A stretch of 32,000 nucleotides of DNA. It comes from Aeropyrum pernix K1. GTDB taxonomy: Archaea; Thermoproteota; Thermoprotei_A; Sulfolobales; Acidilobaceae. The stretch is taken from NCBI RefSeq assembly GCF_000011125.1, contig NC_000854.2, positions 1,290,001-1,322,000 on the forward strand, read 5' to 3'. A model generated the notes under the pieces. It was given only the letters and a program-made list of their open reading frames with translations, had not been told where the DNA came from and did no database searches. Made by a program: the position numbers and the translations under genes. Below are positions 23,206 to 31,205 of the stretch, one piece after another; the first letter of the stretch is position 1; every line of letters starts with the position of its first letter.

Positions 23206-23676
23206 ATGGCTAGGCTGTACCCCGGCCAGCCTGTTGTCGGCGTGGGGTGCCTGGTGTTCAGGGGTGGGAGGATTCTCCTGGTCAAGCGGAAGTACCCGCC
23301 GGGCAGGGGGAAGTGGAGCATACCCGGGGGGCATGTGAGGCTGGGGGAGACTCTGGAGGAGGTTGCTGCTAGGGAGCTTGAGGAGGAGACTGGCATCAAG
23401 GGGCGTCCTCTGGGGGTGGTTAACGTTGACGACGCGATAACTGTGGACGACAAGGGGGTTAGGTATCACTATGTTTTAATTACTGTCCTTCTCGAGGACC
23501 TGGGGGGCGAGCCACGAGGTGGCGATGACGCGGAAGAAGCTGGATTCTACACGCTGGACGAGGCCCTCAAACTCAACCTCACCCCATCCACCCTAGGGCT
23601 TATAGACAAGATAACCAGGGGCATGCTCTGCCTCGAAAAGCCCATCAAGCCTAGAAGGTACAGGCCTGCCGACTGA
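23206..23676 (+). CDS. Nudix hydrolase
   Basis: Nudix box GGHVRLGETLEEVAARELEEETGI. ATG 23206 (MARLYPGQPVVGVGCLVF) is preferred over the track start 23149, which overlaps the upstream gene. Confidence 0.85.
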   Translation: MARLYPGQPVVGVGCLVFRGGRILLVKRKYPPGRGKWSIPGGHVRLGETLEEVAARELEEETGIKGRPLGVVNVDDAITVDDKGVRYHYVLITVLLEDLGGEPRGGDDAEEAGFYTLDEALKLNLTPSTLGLIDKITRGMLCLEKPIKPRRYRPAD

Positions 23677-23720
23677 ATACCGGGCAACAGTATTAACCCT
23701 ACAAGACGGTAAAACCCTAG

Positions 23721-24869
23721 ATGAGGCTATGTTTTGGGGTGTGCTGCGTCGTGTACAGGTTTGTCAGTAAGACGGGTGAGGCAGCCCGACTTATAGTAGA
23801 CTACTGCATATCCGCCTCTAGGGGGGACGATGTCGCAGTATCCTTCGGCCTCCCTGCGATAGACTTTGCCAGGGCAGTGGCCCTTGAGGTCCTCTCGCGC
23901 GGGGCCTACCCCCTCCTGAACCTGAGGGACGAGTACGTCGCGGAGGCCATGTACAGGCTGGCCCCCGAAGAGCTGCTAGACTATATATCGCCTATAGACA
24001 TGTACATGCTTGAGAAAGTGGACGCCAGTATAAGCATAATAAGCCCCCTCCACACCAAGCCCCTAGCCACAGCAGACCCCGGGAAGGTGGCTAGGCGTAG
24101 CAGGGCGTCGAGGCCCCTGACGGAGCTGTTCATGAAGAGGGATGGTGAGGGCAGCCTGAGGTGGACGGTCACAGCATACCCTGCACCCAGCCTTGCGCAG
24201 GAGGCTGGTATGGGGCTGCTCGAGTTCGAGGATTTCGTTGTTAGAGCGTTGAAGCTGCATGAGGACGATCCTGTCGCTGCCTGGAAGAGGCAGGCCGAGT
24301 GGCAGGAGAAGGTGGCCGCCCTGCTCAGCAAGGCCTCCGAGCTGAGAGTGGTGTCCAGCGGCACAGACATAACGTTCAGGGTTGAAGGGAGGATATGGAT
24401 AAATGATGACGGCAAGAAGAACATGCCGGGAGGCGAGGTCTTCACAGCACCGCACGAGGACGGTGTGGAGGGAGTAGTGACGTTCGACTTCCCAGCAGTG
24501 TGGAGGGGCTTAGAGGTGGAGGGGGTGAGGCTGGAGTTCCGGGGCGGGCAGGTAGTGAAGGCCTCCGCCTCCAAGGGAGAGGAGCATCTAAGGAGAATAC
24601 TCGAGACGGACGAGGGCGCTAAGAGGCTGGGAGAACTGGCCTTCGGCCTGAACTACGATATACAGAGGCATATAAAGAACATACTCTTCGACGAGAAGAT
24701 AGGCGGCACAATGCACATGGCCCTAGGGGCGGCTTATCCCAGCACAGGAGGCAGGAACCAGTCGGCTATACACTGGGACATGGTCAAGGACCTGAGGAGA
24801 GAGTCCAGGGTCTACGCCGACGGCGACCTCATCTTCGAGAACGGCAGGTTCATAGAGGACTACCTATAA
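23721..24869 (+). CDS. Aminopeptidase, peptidase family M29 (AmpS/PepS-like)
   Basis: M29-type blocks: PGGEVFTAP, NILFDEKIGGTMHMALG, IHWDMV. The N-terminus EAARLIVDYC...GDDVAV is typical. Confidence 0.85.
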   Translation: MRLCFGVCCVVYRFVSKTGEAARLIVDYCISASRGDDVAVSFGLPAIDFARAVALEVLSRGAYPLLNLRDEYVAEAMYRLAPEELLDYISPIDMYMLEKVDASISIISPLHTKPLATADPGKVARRSRASRPLTELFMKRDGEGSLRWTVTAYPAPSLAQEAGMGLLEFEDFVVRALKLHEDDPVAAWKRQAEWQEKVAALLSKASELRVVSSGTDITFRVEGRIWINDDGKKNMPGGEVFTAPHEDGVEGVVTFDFPAVWRGLEVEGVRLEFRGGQVVKASASKGEEHLRRILETDEGAKRLGELAFGLNYDIQRHIKNILFDEKIGGTMHMALGAAYPSTGGRNQSAIHWDMVKDLRRESRVYADGDLIFENGRFIEDYL

Positions 24870-24942
24870 ATCTGCACGGGGCTCGGACGTAGGGCTGGCG
24901 TCACACCCCCCACCGGAGGAGGGTCGGGCGAAAACTCCCTCC

Positions 24943-26037
24943 TCACGGCCCTTCACTTTTAGCTTTCTCTCTTACTGCCGAAATGTCTAGCGCCGCCTCG
25001 GCTATGTCGAGGGAGTAGCCCGTTATCCTCCTCATACTATCTATTACCAGGTAGCGTAGGAGGCTCCCACCCCCCCTCAGGAACTCCTGGGCCGTCATGC
25101 TCTCCAGCCTGCTCCTGTACTCGCTCAGCACCGGTGCGATGCTGGCAGCCAGGCCTGCGTCAGCCTTTATGAGGGCTTCAACACTCTTTGAGAAGCCTTC
25201 CGCAGCCTCCATCACCAGGCTTGAAAGGCCGTTCTCAACGCTCATGCCTGCTCCTAGGCTAGCCGAGACTCTCACCGAGAGTATTGTCGCGTGATCCGCC
25301 ACCCTCTCTATGCTCTTGACGGCCAGGAAGAGGTGCACTATCTCGGCGGGGGAGTAGACGCCGAGGTCCTTGAGGGGTAGCCTGCCGCTCGAGGCCATAG
25401 TCATCTGCCTAGCCATGTAGAGGTATAGCTTGTCTACAAGCTGGTCCCTCTCGGCAACCAGGTCCAGCAAACCTCTATCCCCGTTTTCCAGCCCCCTGGC
25501 GACGTCTCTGATCATTTCCGCCGCTATCCTAGCCATCCTAGATAGGGCGCGTGAGAACTCCATGCTCCTGTGGTCGACCACAGAAACGAACACTATGTAC
25601 CCCGGACCCTCCTCGAGAACGTTGAAACCGAGTATGTTCGACTCGACTATACTCCTGATCTTAGACACAGCGTCTACACTGCCGTCGCCGAAGAGGAGGA
25701 GCACCTCGTCATAGCCGGCTAAGTATGAGGCTATAACGCTTTTGATAACGAATGACAAGTCGAGCTCCTTACCCCTCAGATCTATAACGCGCCTATCCCT
25801 CCTCGCAGGCCTCTCCGAAGCAGACGGGGCGATTTTGAGGCTGCCGTCAGGCATAACCTCCAGCGTAACCTCGCTCCCCCTGCCCAGCCTCCATGTTTCC
25901 ACCCACTCCTTAGGCAGGCTCACGATATACGTGGAGCGCCCGGTGAGCTGGATCCTCCTCTTGTAGGCAGCCCTACCGTCCAAAACACCCACCACAGTCA
26001 ATATTCTATATACTAGCCGGGAGAAACTATATAGCAC
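24943..26037 (-). CDS. AbrB/SpoVT-domain + PhoU-domain regulator (archaeal PhoU-like phosphate uptake regulator)
   Basis: The N-terminal [31 protein letters not shown] is an AbrB-type swapped-hairpin motif. The C-terminal helical repeats include the PhoU-like ERVADHA. Confidence 0.8.
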   Translation of the reverse strand: MLYSFSRLVYRILTVVGVLDGRAAYKRRIQLTGRSTYIVSLPKEWVETWRLGRGSEVTLEVMPDGSLKIAPSASERPARRDRRVIDLRGKELDLSFVIKSVIASYLAGYDEVLLLFGDGSVDAVSKIRSIVESNILGFNVLEEGPGYIVFVSVVDHRSMEFSRALSRMARIAAEMIRDVARGLENGDRGLLDLVAERDQLVDKLYLYMARQMTMASSGRLPLKDLGVYSPAEIVHLFLAVKSIERVADHATILSVRVSASLGAGMSVENGLSSLVMEAAEGFSKSVEALIKADAGLAASIAPVLSEYRSRLESMTAQEFLRGGGSLLRYLVIDSMRRITGYSLDIAEAALDISAVREKAKSEGP

Positions 26038-26109
26038 ACCCTTACCCGGAGGACCTCCGTCCCATATTTAAAGCTTCCGTCAATGCCTAGTAGCTTTGGG
26101 TGTAGCAGG

Positions 26110-26529
26110 ATGAGTGTCAACTATGCAACGCTGGGGGACCTCAAGAAGGGCAGTTATATAGTGATAGACGGTGAGCCCTGCAGGATAGTTGAGATGAGCA
26201 GGGCCAAGACAGGTAAGCACGGCAGCGCCAAGGCTCATGTGGTTGCCATATGCGTGTTCTCCGGCCAGAAAAAGAGTCTGGTGGCGCCGGTCGACACTAG
26301 GGTTCAGATTCCAGTTATAGAGAAGAGGCTTGGCCAGGTGCTGGCGGATATGGGGGACATGGTCCAGATAATGGACCTGGAGACCTACGATACCTTCGAG
26401 GTCGAGAAGCCTGGGGGGAACGAGGAGGAGGAGCAGCTGGCAGCCAAGCTGCAGCCAGGGGTCACCGTGGAGTACTGGCTGATAATGGGCAAGCCCAAGA
26501 TAATCAGGATAAGGAGCTCCTCCAGCTAG
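26110..26529 (+). CDS. eif5a: Translation initiation factor 5A (aIF5A)
   Basis: [34 protein letters not shown] contains the hypusine-site motif [11 protein letters not shown] 26110 is preferred over the upstream track start 26083. TATA ATATTTAAA is at 26064-26072. Confidence 0.95.
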   Translation: MSVNYATLGDLKKGSYIVIDGEPCRIVEMSRAKTGKHGSAKAHVVAICVFSGQKKSLVAPVDTRVQIPVIEKRLGQVLADMGDMVQIMDLETYDTFEVEKPGGNEEEEQLAAKLQPGVTVEYWLIMGKPKIIRIRSSSS

Positions 26530-27499
26530 CCCCGAGACCCAGCTCCTGCGCCCTCCTCCTAAACCACTCTCTAACAACAGGCCCCATAGGCCTCCCAAGA
26601 GCCCTTCTGGTTACCCTGCAGAAGCTGCACTCCCCGCCGGAGGACAGGAGGCCGCAGCTCGGGCACCTGCCTATAGAGCCCTTCGGCTTCGGGTAATCCT
26701 CAACCCTCTTTGCAAGCTTGGACACCATCTGTAGCTTTAGCCCCGGCCTCTTATCCTCGAGCTGGTTGACCGTCTCCTTCAGCTCCACCTCCATCTGCCT
26801 CCTCTCGACGAAGGGGCACTCCTCGTGCAGGAAGGGGAGGCCGGCCAGGAGGGAGTAGAGGAAGCTCTCCTTCTCGTAAACGTAGTAGAGAGGCCTCACC
26901 CTCCCCACGGCCACGCCCGGTATGCTCTCCGTCTTGACGCCGAGCTTCGATATAGCCTCTAGGTCCTGGTTGAGGAAGGACTTTAGGTTGTACACGGCTA
27001 TGTCGTCTGCGTTGTGGCCGAGGGCGACGGCATCGACGCCCAGCTCAACGGCGGCAGCGTTTATGACGTAGCGTTTAACCATGCCGCACACGCTGCACGG
27101 CGGCCTCTTAGAAGCCTTGGCAAGCTCCGGTATGCCAGCCCCCAGGACCTCATTCAAGTCAAACACTATGAGGGGCACGTCCAGCTGGCTGGCAAGCCTG
27201 ATAGAGGCTTCCCTGCTCTTCTCGGAGTACTCGTAGATGCCCAGGTGTATGTAGAGCGCGACTACGTGGAACCCGATCCTCCTTGAAAGCCTCGAGAGGA
27301 CTGCCAGCAGCGTGGAGCTGTCTTTGCCACCCGAGACTGCCGCGAGGACCCTATCCCCCTTACCAACAAGCCTGTGCCTCATTATTGCCCTCTCTACCTT
27401 GGACTCCACGAACTCGAGATAGTGGTCTCTGCATAAATACCGCCTCTGGTACCTGATATACGCCACCGCGGGGGCGCCGCAGACGCTGCACCTAGCCAC
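26504..27499 (-). CDS. ttuA: TtuA/NcsA-type tRNA 2-thiolation PP-loop ATPase
   Basis: N-terminal zinc finger CSVCG...CRDH, PP-loop [10 protein letters not shown], Fe-S ligand contexts [12 protein letters not shown] and HEECPF, and a C-terminal zinc finger CPSCG...CSFC. The GTG start overlaps the last codons of the upstream Ubl gene by 8 nt. Confidence 0.85.
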   Translation of the reverse strand: MARCSVCGAPAVAYIRYQRRYLCRDHYLEFVESKVERAIMRHRLVGKGDRVLAAVSGGKDSSTLLAVLSRLSRRIGFHVVALYIHLGIYEYSEKSREASIRLASQLDVPLIVFDLNEVLGAGIPELAKASKRPPCSVCGMVKRYVINAAAVELGVDAVALGHNADDIAVYNLKSFLNQDLEAISKLGVKTESIPGVAVGRVRPLYYVYEKESFLYSLLAGLPFLHEECPFVERRQMEVELKETVNQLEDKRPGLKLQMVSKLAKRVEDYPKPKGSIGRCPSCGLLSSGGECSFCRVTRRALGRPMGPVVREWFRRRAQELGLGASWRSSLS

Positions 27500-27740
27500 C
27501 GGAGAGCACCCTAACTACATCCACCGTCTCTCCAGGCGAGACGAGGTCCTCTGGCAGTAGCGGCTTCCCGTCTCTAAGCACCACAGCCACCTCCTCGTTC
27601 ATACCCAGCATCCGAAGCAGCTCGCCCGCCTTCAGCGGCCTCTCGGCCTGTATAACCCTCTCCCCACCCTCCGGCACAAGCCTAACCTTTATAGCCTGGC
27701 CGCCAGTCACACTCAAACCGTCTACACCCATTATAAACAT
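27492..27740 (-). CDS. ThiS/MoaD-like ubiquitin-fold sulfur-carrier protein with C-terminal Gly-Gly (TtuB/SAMP-like)
   Basis: 82 aa ending ...[14 protein letters not shown]-stop. It shows the ThiS pattern (…L.dGD.Vehh..h.GG). It lies directly upstream of, and overlaps, the TtuA-like gene. Confidence 0.75.
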   Translation of the reverse strand: MFIMGVDGLSVTGGQAIKVRLVPEGGERVIQAERPLKAGELLRMLGMNEEVAVVLRDGKPLLPEDLVSPGETVDVVRVLSGG

Positions 27741-27756
27741 GGTTTAGCTCTAAACC
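27741..27756. promoter_or_regulatory. Palindrome GGTTTAG-ct-CTAAACC abutting the start codon of the Ubl-ttuA operon
   Basis: Perfect 7-bp arms at 27741-27747 and 27750-27756. It shares the GGTTTAGC/CTAAACC arms with the nrdJ upstream repeat (6155-6180). Confidence 0.35.
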
Positions 27757-27772
27757 AAAGTATTAACCCCGC

Positions 27773-27780
27773 CTATATAA
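27773..27780. promoter_or_regulatory. Shared TATA box (CTATATAA) in the 51-bp divergent region between the Ubl-ttuA operon and the AcnX genes
   Basis: Its centre is about 30 nt from the in-frame TTG 27807 (+) and about 37 nt from ATG 27740 (-). The core TATATA is palindromic. Confidence 0.4.
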
Positions 27781-27791
27781 GTTAGGAGTAT

Positions 27792-29015
27792 GTGGGCTGG
27801 TGTGTATTGTACCTGACGAGGGAGGAGGAGAGGATTCTGGCCGGCGAGGAGGGCGAGGCTAGGGCGAAGGCGCTGGAGGTTATAGTGAAGGTCGGCGAGG
27901 CTGTCGGGGCCGAGAGGCTAATACCAATTAAACACGCCCACGTCTCCGGGGCAAGCTACATGACTATAGGGGATGCTGGCCTCCGCTTCCTAGCCAGACT
28001 GGCTGAGAGCGGGGCTAGGTTCAGCGTGCCAACCACAGTGAACCCCGTTAGCTACGACGTTGAAGAGCCCGGCGCTATCCCCATGACTCGTCTGAGCCCC
28101 AGGATCGTGAAGGCCCAGAGCGAGATACTAAAGGCTCTAGAAGCTATGGGCGCGGACTTGATACTGACGTGCACGCCCTACTACACCGAGGTCCCCCGGA
28201 GAGTAGGACTCAGAGAGGGGGATAGCGTGGCCTGGGGCGAGTCCAGCGCAGTGGCCTATGCAAACAGTGTTCTGGGCATACACACTAACCGCGAGGGGGG
28301 TCCCCTGGCACTGATGGCGGGCATAGCAGGGAGGACCTACTTCTACGGAGCCCACGATCCCGAGTGGAGGAAGCCTAGGGTGGCCTACAGGCTTGAAACG
28401 CCGAAGGTGCTTGACGAGACCGAGGCCGGGGTGCTCGGGGAGGTTATAGCGACGCAGCACAGGGACGAGCATCCCCCCCTCCTAGACGCCCCCCTGGGGG
28501 GTGAGGCGGCGCTCAAAGAGTTCTCCGCCGCCGTAGGCTCGGCTGGCAGCCTGGCGATGGTTCACATAACCGGGGTGACCCCCGGGGACCCTGGTGACAT
28601 GATTGAGGAGGTTGTGACTATGGACTACGGCGACCTGGCAAGGAGGATGGAGGACCTGGCTCCAGGCTTCGAACCCGACATCCTCTACGTTGGCTGCCCC
28701 CACGCCAGCATAGAGGAGCTTAGGAGGCTCTACAGGGCCCTCTCGAAGGCTGGGGAGAGGGCGGGGCGTAGGACCGTGGTCTCGATCTCGAGGAGCCTCT
28801 ACCTGCAAGCCCTCAGAGAGGGCCTGGTTGAGAAGCTAAAGGGGCTGGGTGTAAGGTTCGTGAGGGACTCCTGCCTCATAGTCAGCCCCTTCAGCAGCGG
28901 CGCCCGAGGGGTGAGGGTGGCTACCAACAGCTACAAGGCCTACTTCTACCTGTCGAAGAAGGGTGTAGAGGTGGGTCTGGCGCCTATAGAGGCTCTGCCA
29001 AAGCTGGTGTCGTAG
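27792..29015 (+). CDS. Aconitase X catalytic (large) subunit, DUF521 type; candidate phosphomevalonate dehydratase large subunit
   Basis: The N-terminus YLTREEERILAGEEGEARAKAL and IPIKHAHVSGASY are typical of AcnX/DUF521. Conserved Cys contexts are LTCTPYY, VGCPHAS, RDSCLIVSP. The track start is GTG 27792. The in-frame TTG 27807 ((M)YLTREEE...) fits the TATA box better. Confidence 0.85.
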   Translation: MGWCVLYLTREEERILAGEEGEARAKALEVIVKVGEAVGAERLIPIKHAHVSGASYMTIGDAGLRFLARLAESGARFSVPTTVNPVSYDVEEPGAIPMTRLSPRIVKAQSEILKALEAMGADLILTCTPYYTEVPRRVGLREGDSVAWGESSAVAYANSVLGIHTNREGGPLALMAGIAGRTYFYGAHDPEWRKPRVAYRLETPKVLDETEAGVLGEVIATQHRDEHPPLLDAPLGGEAALKEFSAAVGSAGSLAMVHITGVTPGDPGDMIEEVVTMDYGDLARRMEDLAPGFEPDILYVGCPHASIEELRRLYRALSKAGERAGRRTVVSISRSLYLQALREGLVEKLKGLGVRFVRDSCLIVSPFSSGARGVRVATNSYKAYFYLSKKGVEVGLAPIEALPKLVS

Positions 29016-29044
29016 AGCCGGCGCGGGAACTATGGTGGTGAGCG

Positions 29045-29443
29045 GTGGAGGTCCTCAGGTACAGGTCCAGGCCTATTGTTGGGGGGGAGGCGGAGGGGCC
29101 GGCGGTTGTTATAGATAGCCTCAGCTTCTACGGCGAGGTAGACCCGGAGACCGGGGTGACGAGCGGTGGAAAGCCGCTTGCAGGCAGGGTGGCGGCCATC
29201 AGGAGGAGCAGGGGTAGCACGGTGGGAAGCTACGTGATCTACGCCCTAAAGGAGAACGGCGTGGCACCGCTGGCCATACTCATGGAGAGGGCGGAGCCGA
29301 TAGTTATAGCCGGCTGCGTCCTAGCCGGTATACCTCTCTACGACGGCCTGCCGCCAGAGTTCTTCGAGAGGGTTAGGGACGGCTACAGGGTTAGGGTGCA
29401 TAGCGACGGGCTCGTCGAGGTCCTAGGCCCTGGCCAGCCCTAG
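29045..29443 (+). CDS. Aconitase X swivel (small) subunit, DUF126 type; candidate phosphomevalonate dehydratase small subunit
   Basis: 132 aa. IVGGEAEGPAVVIDSLSFYGEVDPETGV and GSTVGSYVIY are typical of the AcnX small subunit. It starts 29 nt downstream of the large subunit. GTG start. Confidence 0.8.
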   Translation: MEVLRYRSRPIVGGEAEGPAVVIDSLSFYGEVDPETGVTSGGKPLAGRVAAIRRSRGSTVGSYVIYALKENGVAPLAILMERAEPIVIAGCVLAGIPLYDGLPPEFFERVRDGYRVRVHSDGLVEVLGPGQP

Positions 29444-30049
29444 GGCCTCGAAAACCCTCTCCGCTATCTCACCCTGCACATCCTCTATACCTCTCTCAAC
29501 CCCTCCCCTGACGCCCTCAACCCGTATAACCTTCACGCCCCTGGCTCTGGCAAGCCTCAGGACCTCCTCGTACATGCTTTTAACGCGTTCTAGAAACTCG
29601 GGTGTCTCGAAAACCTCCCTCCTCTCTCTGGCCGTTATCCTCCTCAGGGCCACCTCGGTCGGGACATCTATGTAGACGAGGATCTCCGCCTCCGGCGCCT
29701 TCCTGTTAACCGCGTCAACCCACTCCAACCCCGAGCCGACGCCCTGGTAGGCTAGGCTGCTGTACTTGTAACGGTCGACGACGAGGACCTCGGGGCTGCC
29801 GCCGCACCTCTCCACCACGCCTAGCCGGAGCCCCCACAGCCTGTCTGCAGCGAATAGCAGGGCCATCAAGTCGCTGTCCACACCCTCTGTACTCCTCAGG
29901 AACCCTCTTATCAGCCGGCCCACAGGCCCCTCCGTGGGCTCCTTCCAGAGGCAGGACTTGACTCCCGCGCCCGCAAGCCTGGCGTGGAGCAGCCTGGAGT
30001 GTGTGGAGACTCCGGAGCCGTCTATGCCCTCAAGGGCTACTATCCTCAT
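29423..30049 (-). CDS. tmk: Thymidylate kinase-like protein with non-canonical P-loop
   Basis: MRIVALEGIDGSGVST (TMK P-loop context), DRYKYSSLAYQG (DRY/AYQ block), and an Arg-rich lid RRITARERRE. The P-loop Lys position is Val. Confidence 0.75.
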   Translation of the reverse strand: MRIVALEGIDGSGVSTHSRLLHARLAGAGVKSCLWKEPTEGPVGRLIRGFLRSTEGVDSDLMALLFAADRLWGLRLGVVERCGGSPEVLVVDRYKYSSLAYQGVGSGLEWVDAVNRKAPEAEILVYIDVPTEVALRRITARERREVFETPEFLERVKSMYEEVLRLARARGVKVIRVEGVRGGVERGIEDVQGEIAERVFEALGLARA

Positions 30050-30080
30050 AACACCCCCGCCCCCGGCTACTCCTAGGCTG

Positions 30081-31043
30081 CTAGAAGATTGGGAGGTCCT
30101 CGGGGTTTCTATAGGCTATTGCGTAGGCCCCCATTACACCCTCGTTATCCCCGAAGCTCGCATCCACAACCTCTATCCTGGACGAGAAGGGGGCGTAGGC
30201 CGCTAGATGCCTCTCTATAAGCGGCCTGAGCATCCGCCTGTTGTTCAGGTAGACTGAGCCTCCTATTATGACTGCGTCGACGTCGTAGGCAGCCTTAACC
30301 GAGGCTATACCAGCGGCCGACGCCCTGGCTATATAGTCTATAACGTGGAGCGCGAAATCGTCGCCCACGGCGGCCGCCTCAAACACCTCCCTAGCGCTCC
30401 CCACCCTCCCCTCTAACGCCGCCCTGTACAGACTAGTCTCGGGACCCCTCCAGCCTCTGGCTAGAACCGAGGAGGTCCTCGGTATCCACCTCCCCCCCGC
30501 TATCGCCTCCCAATGACCCGTGCCGCCGCACCCGCACCTCCCGCCCTCCCAGCCCATGTCGACGACTATGTGGCCCACCTCGTGGGCGTTCCCCCGGGAG
30601 CCCAGTAGGAGCCTGCCGCCGACTACGAAGCCTCCTCCCACGCCGGTGCTCATGGTTATGTACCCCAGGTCGGGTGTGCCTGCCAATCTGCCCAGCAGAT
30701 ACTCGCCCCACGCCGCCGCTACTGCGTCGTTAGCAATGGCAACCTTTGACTTGGGGAACAGCCGCTTGAGTATAGTGCTTAGACGGACTATATGCGACTT
30801 GATATTCGGGCTGCCCACTATGTAGCCCCTCCGAAGGTCCAGGGGGCCTATTGAAGCGGCCCCCACTTTCTCGACCCGCCCCCTATCGATGCCTAGCCCC
30901 TCGGCAAGGCCCTGGAGAACACGCTCTAAACCTTCCTCGGTACCGGGGTTACGCTCTCTCTTGATAGCCTCTATAACCCCTCCCCTAACTATGGCCATCC
31001 TAACCCACGTGGCACCCACGTCTACAGCAACAACCTCCGCCAC
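30081..31043 (-). CDS. glk: ROK-family sugar kinase (glucokinase/hexokinase)
   Basis: N-terminal ATP motif VVAVDVGATWVR, and the ROK/zinc block GHIVVD...CGCGGTGHWEAIAGG. The track ORF runs to 31211, but its first 56 codons lack ROK similarity. GTG 31043 gives a 320-aa, ROK-sized protein. Confidence 0.85.
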   Translation of the reverse strand: MAEVVAVDVGATWVRMAIVRGGVIEAIKRERNPGTEEGLERVLQGLAEGLGIDRGRVEKVGAASIGPLDLRRGYIVGSPNIKSHIVRLSTILKRLFPKSKVAIANDAVAAAWGEYLLGRLAGTPDLGYITMSTGVGGGFVVGGRLLLGSRGNAHEVGHIVVDMGWEGGRCGCGGTGHWEAIAGGRWIPRTSSVLARGWRGPETSLYRAALEGRVGSAREVFEAAAVGDDFALHVIDYIARASAAGIASVKAAYDVDAVIIGGSVYLNNRRMLRPLIERHLAAYAPFSSRIEVVDASFGDNEGVMGAYAIAYRNPEDLPIF

Positions 31044-31205
31044 GCCGCAACACCACCAATGTTTGTTTTGCCCGGAGATCTTTCGGGAGTAAAGCCTCTC
31101 CGCTAGGCCCCCCGGGACTCGCCGCAGCCAGCCATAGTATGTGGGGGGTCGGGTTTGTATAGGGAGGCGTTGTCTAGGGCGGTTGACCGTGTTAAATGGG
31201 CTCCT

